32,000 nt of DNA from Cylindrospermopsis raciborskii Cr2010. Its GTDB lineage: Bacteria > Cyanobacteriota > Cyanobacteriia > Cyanobacteriales > Nostocaceae. Positions 1 through 8,594 of the stretch are shown here, piece by piece; positions within the stretch are counted from its first letter, which is position 1; every line of letters begins with the position of its first letter. Made by a program: the position numbers and the translations under genes. Under the pieces are notes generated by a model. It saw only the letters and a program-made list of their open reading frames with translations. It was not told the origin of the DNA and did not search any database. The stretch lies in NCBI RefSeq assembly GCF_003367075.2, contig NZ_CP065936.1, positions 330,001-362,000 on the forward strand. Reading direction: 5' to 3'.

Positions 1-224
1 CAAAAAAAAACATATATACTTCTCAAAAAATTTACTGTTAACAATTCACATCATATATCTTAACAGTTCAATTAGCAAGTCTCACCTCCACACCCGATGG
101 TTTTTAAAAACTTACCACCACAAGAAGTAAACCGCAAAATAATCTCCACGAATAATTCCCCATCTATCCAGAAACAGTCATAATAGGAATGACCTACTTA
201 AAAAATTTTTGGGCGTGAGTTTTT

Positions 225-374
225 ATGAGTGCTACTCCCTATACCACAGAACAAATCGCAGGCGGAAAACTTCCTGCGAACAGCAGGTGGCGATCGCAAT
301 TAGTTGGGTTACGTTTCCGCGCTTTGTCCTATCTTGCAGATGATTGTCAGGAGGATATTTCCAAATACATCTAG
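225..374 (+). CDS. possible small protein (49 aa), unknown function
   Basis: ATG at 225 and TAG at 372-374; below the ORF-track length cutoff. Translation MSATPYTTEQIAGGKLPANSRWRSQLVGLRFRALSYLADDCQEDISKYI. Ends 21 nt before the obg ORF on the same strand. No family recognised. Confidence 0.25.
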   Translation: MSATPYTTEQIAGGKLPANSRWRSQLVGLRFRALSYLADDCQEDISKYI

Positions 375-386
375 AGATGGCTATAA

Positions 387-1454
<1,068 letters not shown>

Positions 1455-1626
1455 GAACGAAAAAATATGGATGGTAGATCAACATCACCCACCCCGAACA
1501 AACCCTAGACACCTCACGGAAGCAAGGCGGTCAAGCTCTGGAGATATCTAGGAGCAACAACTTGCTATTGTTTATATACTATTGGTAGTGTTAAGAGTGC
1601 CGAGATTTTTATAGTTTGTCCTCTGA

Positions 1627-1917
1627 CTATCCTTTGGAGTGTCCTTTCCTTGGTCTATTCTCCCTATTATTCTCCTCTTTTGGTTTAGCTTTGTTCACTC
1701 TTAGTTGACGACCCATCCATTCTGCACCGTCCAATTCTGATATGGCAGCATCTTCTTGTGCATCTTCGTTCATTTCAACAAAAGCGAACCCGCGCATCTT
1801 TCCTGTTTCGCGGTCAGTAGGTAAAACAACTCTTTTTACCTCGCCATAATCTGCAAACACGGCTTTTAAGTCTGCTTCAGTTGCGCGGTAAGAGAGATTT
1901 CCAATGTAGATAGTCAT
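1627..1917 (-). CDS. RRM-type RNA-binding protein (cyanobacterial Rbp, short C-terminus without a glycine-rich tail)
   Basis: RNP2 IYIGNL and RNP1 RGFAFVEM motifs. 96 aa. C-terminus is basic (KAKPKEENNRENRPRKGHSKG), not Gly-rich. Confidence 0.93.
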   Translation of the reverse strand: MTIYIGNLSYRATEADLKAVFADYGEVKRVVLPTDRETGKMRGFAFVEMNEDAQEDAAISELDGAEWMGRQLRVNKAKPKEENNRENRPRKGHSKG

Positions 1918-2311
1918 TGTGAGTCACGTAATTTTCAACAAAGGGGGATGGTTAGTAAAAAAATGCAACTTGGCAATTTTTTAGCGTTGGTTTGTGGACA
2001 AGTAGGAAGCCGATTAGACGCTCTCAGATTTGCCACACCACTCAACACAGCCATCCATTAATATATTGACATAAGCACTGACCTAGAAGATCAGGGATTC
2101 TTGACGATTGTCCACAACTTGCTACCTAAGTAGTATTGTTGCTTTCACGTCCGTTTAAAGTCTGCCAATTCCTCATGCCGACCACCTATGTATTTTACAC
2201 TGGTTTACTCAAAATGGCAAGTAGTTTGGCAAAAATAGCCCAAAAATATGGTTTAAGCACCTGCATGAAGGTGAGCTATAATGCTTACTCATCATGGGTT
2301 CTAGACTTTGA

Positions 2312-2542
2312 TTAATCAATAGAAATTTGTTGAGGTTTATTTTTGGCTCCATTTTGGTCATCAGTGGCACTTTTACAAGACTGACATGAGGAAGTTTGCT
2401 TATCCAGCCAGGTTTTTACCGGATCCTCAGTCAGATTGATTCGTAATAGTCCAGAGACAAACCCGCTGAGAAAGGAAACGGGATGCTCTTTTAGCTCTTG
2501 AAACAGAGGCGATAATTCACTGATAAACATTACACTCTCCAC
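2312..2542 (-). CDS. small hypothetical protein (76 aa)
   Basis: ORF with no competing frame. Divergent from the 2613 gene. No motif recognised. Alternative start at M5 (2530). Confidence 0.5.
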   Translation of the reverse strand: MESVMFISELSPLFQELKEHPVSFLSGFVSGLLRINLTEDPVKTWLDKQTSSCQSCKSATDDQNGAKNKPQQISID

Positions 2543-2612
2543 CCATAATGTAATAATGTAAAAACTTATTATAGATTATAGCTGTAGTCACTCGCAAGGG
2601 GGGAATGGGCTT

Positions 2613-3467
2613 ATGTTAACTAATTGGCGCAATTTTCTCAAAAATGCTGGGGAGTGGAGGGGCTCATTCACTCGCATCTCTGGTCAAGGGGAGATTTTGG
2701 ATTCTACTCTGAGTATTTTAAACTTAGAGGCTACTAATAACAACGAAACTGTATTGTTTAGACTACGACGTTTCCAAGGTCATGATTATGATAGTCCTGT
2801 TATTCAAGACTATCAACAGGAATATACATCCCTGGCTAAAGAGAATATTTTTTTTGAAACAGGTGCTTTTTCTAAGGGAACCGTGCAACTGGCCCCCTTT
2901 GCTGAATTTGGTGCGGAATATGGTTTTGTCCATGAGAACCGCAGGTCTCGTTTGGTGCAATTATATAATAAGGACGGTGAACTAAGTGGTTTAACGCTAA
3001 TTAGGGAGTTTCGTAGTTTTACGGATGCACAGGAGAGACCCCAACTAACAGTAGAACAGCTAATCGGTAAGTGGCAAGGAATATCGCATACGGTTTACTC
3101 AGATCTAAGACCATCCAATAAAGAAACAACTTACTTGGAAATTAAAAAACTAGATAATGGGCATTTAGAAAAACAGCAATTGTTTGCTGGGGAAGAAATG
3201 ATTTCTCTCGGTAAAATAGTAGACAACAGGTTGATATTTGAACCATCATCCAGACAACAATCTAATCAAAAGTTAAACAATGAGGAAATACTTTTGCCAG
3301 ATGGTGTGTCTAGCAACGTTCCCCCAAAACTGGAGCGGAGAAAAGAGTTTTTCATCGAAGCAGGTTGGTTAGTCAAAGATACAGAAAGACAAAGACTGAT
3401 TCGTAGTTATAATGCTCAGGGAGAATGGATTAGCTCCAGCCATATAGTGGAAATCAAAATGGCATGA
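2613..3467 (+). CDS. conserved cyanobacterial hypothetical protein (resembles the DUF3598 family)
   Basis: 284-aa ORF. The N-terminus NWRNFLKNAGEWRGSFTRISGQGEIL resembles DUF3598-type proteins as I remember them; the family label is unverified. Confidence 0.7.
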   Translation: MLTNWRNFLKNAGEWRGSFTRISGQGEILDSTLSILNLEATNNNETVLFRLRRFQGHDYDSPVIQDYQQEYTSLAKENIFFETGAFSKGTVQLAPFAEFGAEYGFVHENRRSRLVQLYNKDGELSGLTLIREFRSFTDAQERPQLTVEQLIGKWQGISHTVYSDLRPSNKETTYLEIKKLDNGHLEKQQLFAGEEMISLGKIVDNRLIFEPSSRQQSNQKLNNEEILLPDGVSSNVPPKLERRKEFFIEAGWLVKDTERQRLIRSYNAQGEWISSSHIVEIKMA

Positions 3468-3496
3468 TGGCTGCATCCACCTCCGTTTTTAAAAAC

Positions 3497-5542
3497 CTAC
3501 GACTTTTCTATAAGCTGTTCGGGAAACATACATTTGTCAGAATCACAAGCAGTTGGCCCTGATTCTATTAATTCACCTAAATCATAACGACTTAGAGCTT
3601 GACAAAAATCTTCCGTTCTCCGTCGCAACTTTACCTGAGCGGATAACATTTGATATGTTTTCTGATCTATCGGTTCAAAGGGTAGACGAGGAAAGGTTTG
3701 AATATCATCAAATCTCCCTAGTATGGCTGCTGAAATATACCCTTCATCCTTCTGAATGGCTTCATATATGCGAGTTCCTAAGCATTCAACTTCGTCAGAT
3801 CTCAATTCTAAGGTTGCTGAGGTATTATGGGTAGTATAACACCTCTGTACCTCCATGACAAAATCTAACTGAGCCAAAGCAGAAAATTTGGATACATCTA
3901 TTTTGTCTGCTCCTGGTAAATCCGCCCAAGAAACCGCTACGGGGATTTCTACTAACCACTCACTACAACGGGGGTCAAAGGGATTATCCAGTAAATTACC
4001 TTGTTCGTCTTTATCAGATTGGGAAGGTATGACACTGTACCCATAATCCAAACAAGCTAGAGCTACTGGGTCGTTTTTACGGAAAGTAATCCGACGAATA
4101 AATCGTTGCGCTTTGGGAGGGTGCCAACCAGGAGAAGCACCTGTTAATAAGGATTTTGTGCCGCTAGGTTGAACAGTGGTACAACGATTGGGCCTTTTAA
4201 TCCCATGTTTGTCGCAATATTCCCAAACGGTTTGATGTACTATTTCTCGCCATTTATTGAGATATTTTTGCTCACCCCGTTTAAATATTAGTCCTTCCTG
4301 GGTTTCTGGTCTTCCCTGTTCCCACCAATGTAACCACTCCACACCAAAAGCATGAACAAAGAAGTCAAACAACCCCGTGAAGGAAACACCAACAATGGGA
4401 TCCAATTCTCGACTATGTTGATAGCGGATCTCCTGAAATTTGTGATTTAATAAGGCAGCTACGGATATAGCAGCTGCTTTAAAGGCTTCCTCCTGTTCCT
4501 TATAGTTATCAGGATCAATTTGGTTTAAATGTACTTCGGCTAAGTTACAATGGAAGTCAGCACCAATAATTTCACCACAGGGGTTTAAACCATATCTACC
4601 CAAACGATGTTCCAGCTCTGAATCTTCCATCTCTGGATAATTTTCTTTTATCCATGTTCTGGCCTGTCCTGTTGCATAAGCATTCAGAAACTGTTTTTTT
4701 AGTTCAAGGGTTTTGAGTAAATCAATATTTGCTCTAGCTACTGTTTCACCAGCCCATTGAATTGCTCCTTCACCACTATAATACTGTTTCTGAACAGCTG
4801 CAAGGCATTCTTCTAAAGTAGGTTTGTGATGAAACACTCGAGTATGATTGGCCATGCGCAAAGCATCTCTTTCTGGGTCTATGCTCCAGTTTCCTTGAGC
4901 ATCTTGTTTCCACAGATTATCTTTGGCTGTTGCTCCATTTTCATCCTCTGCAATGAATTGTCTCATACCCGCCGATCTCCGAATATTACCAGCAACAATT
5001 GATACGGCAGCTTCGTCTATTAATAGACAGCATTCGACGGAATTTAACTTTCTACCTACAGCTTGGTTGAGAATAGAAGCACAACGAGTATATAATCCGG
5101 ATAATTTGACTGGGTTAGCAACACCACCAAATCCCTTGAGGGTTTCTCCGGAGCGACGCACATCATCAAGATTTACACACACTTGAATATCATCGGTAAA
5201 GCGTATATCCGTAGAGAGTTCTAGAAGGGTTTGGTAGGAATTTACCCAACCTTCTCGACTATCTCCTACATAAATAGTCACCCGATTACCTTCTATAACT
5301 GTTTCTGTAAACTCCCGACGGTCTTTTTCTGGAGTGTTGCCAATTTTCCCCTGAATGGTCACCTGTAACCGATTACGAATGGGGGGTAATTGATTAATAT
5401 ACTGGGGTTCAATCACTGCTCCTGTACCACAACCCATCATGGCCAGATCCATCATTAAACCAAATGCTTGCCAATCTATGAGGTTTGTAGAAGTGCAGTT
5501 ATAAGCTCCAGAGAAATTTTTCGACTTTTTTAACCATTCCGT
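3497..5542 (-). CDS. nrdJ: class II (adenosylcobalamin-dependent) ribonucleotide reductase NrdJ, exon 2
   Basis: The frame is open from 5542 (TEWLKKSKNFSGAYNCTSTNLIDWQAFGLMMDLAMMGCGTGAV...) through the stop at 3497. It includes RNR active-site-type segments (NPCGEI, TTVQPSGT). An in-frame TAG lies immediately upstream of 5545, inside the intron. This exon encodes 681 aa. Confidence 0.9.
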   Translation of the reverse strand, partial: TEWLKKSKNFSGAYNCTSTNLIDWQAFGLMMDLAMMGCGTGAVIEPQYINQLPPIRNRLQVTIQGKIGNTPEKDRREFTETVIEGNRVTIYVGDSREGWVNSYQTLLELSTDIRFTDDIQVCVNLDDVRRSGETLKGFGGVANPVKLSGLYTRCASILNQAVGRKLNSVECCLLIDEAAVSIVAGNIRRSAGMRQFIAEDENGATAKDNLWKQDAQGNWSIDPERDALRMANHTRVFHHKPTLEECLAAVQKQYYSGEGAIQWAGETVARANIDLLKTLELKKQFLNAYATGQARTWIKENYPEMEDSELEHRLGRYGLNPCGEIIGADFHCNLAEVHLNQIDPDNYKEQEEAFKAAAISVAALLNHKFQEIRYQHSRELDPIVGVSFTGLFDFFVHAFGVEWLHWWEQGRPETQEGLIFKRGEQKYLNKWREIVHQTVWEYCDKHGIKRPNRCTTVQPSGTKSLLTGASPGWHPPKAQRFIRRITFRKNDPVALACLDYGYSVIPSQSDKDEQGNLLDNPFDPRCSEWLVEIPVAVSWADLPGADKIDVSKFSALAQLDFVMEVQRCYTTHNTSATLELRSDEVECLGTRIYEAIQKDEGYISAAILGRFDDIQTFPRLPFEPIDQKTYQMLSAQVKLRRRTEDFCQALSRYDLGELIESGPTACDSDKCMFPEQLIEKS

Positions 5543-5583
5543 ATGACCCTAAGCCACATTGTCTCCAATATGACTCGGCTTCA
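5543..5583 (-). ncRNA. group II intron domain VI with candidate branch-point A (5550)
   Basis: RNA reads UGAAGCCGAGUCAUAUUG-GAGA-CAAUGUGGCUUAGGGUCAU. CAUAUUG pairs with CAAUGUG around a GAGA loop, and the stem extends outward. An unpaired A lies 7 nt from the 3' splice site. Confidence 0.65.
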
Positions 5584-5617
5584 GAACCGTGCGTGATACT
5601 TTCGCATCACACGGCTC
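5584..5617 (-). ncRNA. group II intron domain V (catalytic hairpin)
   Basis: Minus strand reads GAGCCGUGUGAUGCGAAAGUAUCACGCACGGUUC, 34 nt. It has the AGC triad at positions 2-4, a GAAA tetraloop and a 2-nt bulge (CG) on the 3' arm, as in the DV consensus. Confidence 0.9.
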
Positions 5618-5635
5618 CTCAATGATTTGGCTCTT

Positions 5636-6919
5636 TTAAGAGTACCAATTTGGGGTTGATGTCTTGGTATAGGTGTCACACTGCTTGACAGCGTTGAGAA
5701 ATCCATGATGGTAGGTAAGGTACACCGGTTGACTTTCTTCAAACGCACGAAATACCCAATTAGCTTGGTCTTTGGAGCCAAAATATTTCTCGACCCACTG
5801 TTTGGTGGATTTGTGATTATGTCTGGCCTTCACCCAGGCAATTAATTTTAAGGTCATTAGGTGGTCTAGCTTTTGGAATGTTTTAGCACTATTAACAGGG
5901 AAATAATAGTTACTCCATCTGGTAATGATGGGATTTAGTCGTTTAATTAAGTCTAATTGGGATTGACAAGACTTAAATTTATCTATTTCTTGAGCTAGTT
6001 CCCCATAATGGGTTTTAATTGCTTCTTGACTGGGCTGGATGAAAGTTTGATACCTTTGTGGTTGGGAATGGGTTTTGATTTCATATTGGCGGATATTAAA
6101 GTCCAGAAAATTGAACCCAGGGGATTTTGTACCCTTGAGAGTTTGCTCCAAGTTGATTTGTATACCTAGATCACTCAGAAACTTCTCAATCAGTATTTTA
6201 GCCTTGATAATTACATCGAATTCAGAATCTAGCAGTGCAAATTCGCTGCCATGTCTAATCAAGGTTATTTCCTCTTTTTTACCTGGAATAGTTTTGCCAT
6301 ATTCTCGGACAATTTTTTCCATGCCATGGAGAGCAATACTGACTAAAAGCGGGGAAAGTAAACTACCGGGATGGATTATCTCTTGATTTAATAACCATGA
6401 GTTAAGATTGTATATACCCGATTTCATTCCTACCCTTATTTGCCTACGGAGTTTTGGGAAAGTATTTATCTTACTTAATAGCTTTTCGTAGTCAATTTGC
6501 TCGAAGTGTTGGGCAAGATTGGCACTGATAACATACTTGCTACCATACCTCATTGCCTCTTTAATAGCCATTATAGGATCCATATAAGTTTTACCCGGTC
6601 GGAATCCATAACTATGAGACTCAAATTTAGCCTCCCACTCAGGTTCTAGAGCCAGTTTAATCAATAATTGTTGTGCTTGGTATTCTGTTCTTACTTGGCG
6701 AATAGCAAGCATTTTGGCAGACCAGGAATTCAGCAGAGTCTTTTGCAGTTTACGCACTACCTTAACATCTCCCCGACTAGAGGCTTGATAAATTCTCTGT
6801 TGCAACTTGTACACAGCCCTTTCTAGCTTACGCCAGTTTATCTGTGCCCATACCACCATCGGTGTTTTCCGTGTTTTAGTCATTTTCATTGCTATATGAA
6901 ACTCTATCTTCCAAATCAT
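5636..6919 (-). CDS. group II intron-encoded protein: degenerate reverse transcriptase retaining the maturase (X) domain, no En domain
   Basis: RT0-like INWRKLERAVYKLQQRIY, ALEPEWEAKF, SYGFRPG, SPLLVSIALHG. X-domain RLNPIITRWSNYY. YADD position reads HGSE; RT1/RT2 (TAGVDG, RPLGIPT) are absent. Likely start at MKMTKT (6889). Confidence 0.9.
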   Translation of the reverse strand: MIWKIEFHIAMKMTKTRKTPMVVWAQINWRKLERAVYKLQQRIYQASSRGDVKVVRKLQKTLLNSWSAKMLAIRQVRTEYQAQQLLIKLALEPEWEAKFESHSYGFRPGKTYMDPIMAIKEAMRYGSKYVISANLAQHFEQIDYEKLLSKINTFPKLRRQIRVGMKSGIYNLNSWLLNQEIIHPGSLLSPLLVSIALHGMEKIVREYGKTIPGKKEEITLIRHGSEFALLDSEFDVIIKAKILIEKFLSDLGIQINLEQTLKGTKSPGFNFLDFNIRQYEIKTHSQPQRYQTFIQPSQEAIKTHYGELAQEIDKFKSCQSQLDLIKRLNPIITRWSNYYFPVNSAKTFQKLDHLMTLKLIAWVKARHNHKSTKQWVEKYFGSKDQANWVFRAFEESQPVYLTYHHGFLNAVKQCDTYTKTSTPNWYS

Positions 6920-7126
6920 CGGGAATCTGTCAGCTTATTCATACCCATTACAGGTAGACCTTTGCTTCTGATTCCATCTCTTTTTATTAGAGCTTGCGGA
7001 TTGGTTCCTACTTCCCTATCGACCCCGGAAAGAGCTGCTAATAAAATTACTTCGTTCCGTATAACCATTGATTTGAGTGTTTAGGATGGCACTACTCAGC
7101 CGGAGACAGGAAAGCGTGACCTTAAT

Positions 7127-7132
7127 GGTGGT
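7127..7132 (-). other. candidate EBS1 of the intron
   Basis: Minus strand ACCACC is perfectly complementary to the last six nucleotides of exon 1 (GGUGGU, 7509..7504). It lies about 370 nt into the intron. Confidence 0.5.
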
Positions 7133-7503
7133 ACTTTTGGGTTCCTTAATGTCTCTTTGTCTTTTGACAGCAGCGTATCAACCATTTTTTTCGCTACTTG
7201 CTAGGTGACGACTGTTTAGATGTACCTTCACTTTCGTTATCCATGCACTCCTGCTCGCTGGGATTCACCTCATGGTTTGGTGTTACCAGCTTTTTTCCCC
7301 GCTTTACCCTTTGATTACCAGTCCCTAGGTAGGGGAAATGCTTTCACTCCCACGCTTGGAGGATAGGACTCTGTGTCTATCACATCACCTATAAGGTTAT
7401 ACAGTTATTTGGGTTCGGTTAACCGTACTTTTTTATTCGGTTGTTGAACCCACCGAATCATCCCCCGGTTCAATTAAACCAGTTTCGATTCAACGAATCA
7501 CAC

Positions 7504-7761
7504 ACCACCAACCCACAACCATCTTCCACTCGGTAAGGCTTTCATCTGTAGTTGCATTTTTTCTAACAGTGCAGTTTCTTCCAAGTTGAGTTTTCCTAAC
7601 TCTACTAGTCCTTTTAAAGTGCGATCGCATACATCGCTCCAGGATTCTCTTAATCCTGTTTGGGTGCGACGGCTATAGGTCCTGAAAAACACAGGATTGG
7701 CTGCGGGAGCAGTTTCGGGAAAGGACGCAATCTGGCGTGGACGTTTCAGTTCTTGAACCAT
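7504..7761 (-). CDS. nrdJ: class II ribonucleotide reductase NrdJ, exon 1 (86 aa)
   Basis: MVQELKRPRQIASFPETAPAANPVFFRTYSRR...SGRWLWVGG. The ORF-track stop (7498-7500) lies inside the intron 5' GUGUGA. Confidence 0.9.
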
Positions 7762-7909
7762 AATTAGTTGGATAAGGTTTACTGACTAACAGATTAAGAC
7801 TATAACCTCAAGTAGTTTTAGGATCAAAGATTGCTAAATTTGCCACTTTATGCTCTGTTGTTTTTGTATTGGAAGTTACAAATCTATCCACGGAAGATGA
7901 TCGATAGTG

Positions 7910-8518
7910 CTATAGTACAATTAATCCCAAGAGAATACCTAGGATTTTATTAAGATCACTGATATAGTAGTTATTTAGGTCAATCAATAACTTGCTTTCT
8001 ACTAACTGCAAAAATTTCCAAATGTCCCCTGTGGTTAAGGCTCCATAAATAGTTTTAATTTCAGGTGATCCATTATGTTGCTGTTGATTGAACAGCTGAG
8101 CTGCTAACATGGTAGCTGCACACTGACCCAAGCCAGCTTTAATGTTTTCATTTTTTGCTTCGACAATAATTGCCACAGGAGCATTAATAATTAATTGCTC
8201 CCGAGAGAGACTGATAATAAAATCACAATAGCCAGTTAAACCTTGTTCAGGATCCACATTAAAATCACTGCCAGAAAACAGACTAATTTGATAATTGGCC
8301 CTGCGTCGTACTTCCAACAAAATAGGGGCGATGATGAATTCTGATCGCGCTTTTTCCGTATTGATTGCTAGGGCCATTTCCATAGTTTCCCCCAGAGTGC
8401 TGATTAATTTATCACTAGGTTCCACGGAGTTGACATGGGCAAATAAATCCGGATCTTCATTAATTTCGATGTGAAATTTATTTCTAAATTGAGTTAAACT
8501 AAAATCACTGTACGCCAT
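7910..8518 (-). CDS. stand-alone PD-(D/E)xK nuclease-fold protein (HsdR-N-terminal-like), paralogue 1
   Basis: Motifs TEKARSE ... GYCDF ... IIVEAK ... GLGQC match the E / D / ExK / Q core of restriction-endonuclease-like folds. Clear homologue of 19225..19827. The ATG at 8518 (MAYSDF) matches the paralogue start; the track start at 8527 is GTG. Confidence 0.8.
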   Translation of the reverse strand: MAYSDFSLTQFRNKFHIEINEDPDLFAHVNSVEPSDKLISTLGETMEMALAINTEKARSEFIIAPILLEVRRRANYQISLFSGSDFNVDPEQGLTGYCDFIISLSREQLIINAPVAIIVEAKNENIKAGLGQCAATMLAAQLFNQQQHNGSPEIKTIYGALTTGDIWKFLQLVESKLLIDLNNYYISDLNKILGILLGLIVL

Positions 8519-8594
8519 TTTCTTCACCTTTGGTGCGGTATATAATTACAATTAAAAACACCAACTAAAAATCCCCCAATATTTTTTCACCATA

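Larger units (their letters stand above)
5543..7503 (-). mobile_element. group II intron (1,961 nt) inserted in nrdJ
   Basis: 5' end GUGUGA (7503..7498) and 3' end ...GGGUCAU (5543). Canonical domain V, domain VI with a bulged A, an IEP ORF in domain IV, and EBS1 complementary to the exon-1 end. Removing it restores WLWVGG|TEWLKK. Confidence 0.9.

Noticed and set aside
34-110. Yfr1-like sRNA: inverted repeat ACTGTTAA-N18-TTAACAGT followed by CUCACCUCCACAC and a U-run
   Set aside because: The single-stranded motif does not match the conserved Yfr1 core (ACUCCUCACAC) exactly. The putative terminator stem is only 3 bp. Strand and boundaries cannot be supported.
5581-7084. Short ORFs within the intron (5581..5781 minus, 6075..6386 plus, 6896..7084 plus)
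   Set aside because: They overlap domain V/VI RNA, run antisense to the IEP gene, or lie in intron domains I-III. No protein motifs are visible, so they are most likely non-coding.
7137-7143. AACCCA (minus strand) as EBS2, pairing with exon UGGGUU (IBS2)
   Set aside because: The complementarity is real, but it lies only 5 nt from the EBS1 candidate. EBS2 normally sits in a separate stem-loop tens of nucleotides away. A second match at 7410..7415 is too close to the intron 5' end. EBS2 is left unassigned.
3497-7761. nrdJ as a truncated or disrupted pseudogene (two separate ORFs of 87 and 652 aa)
   Set aside because: The interruption has precise group II intron boundaries and an intact domain V and VI. 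Removing it restores a continuous conserved sequence (WLWVGG|TEWLKK). It is an intron-containing gene, not a pseudogene.
7762-7909. Cobalamin riboswitch or NrdR box upstream of nrdJ
   Set aside because: Only 148 bp are available, which is shorter than a typical cobalamin riboswitch. I could not find a B12-box-like element or a 16-bp NrdR-type palindrome on the minus strand.
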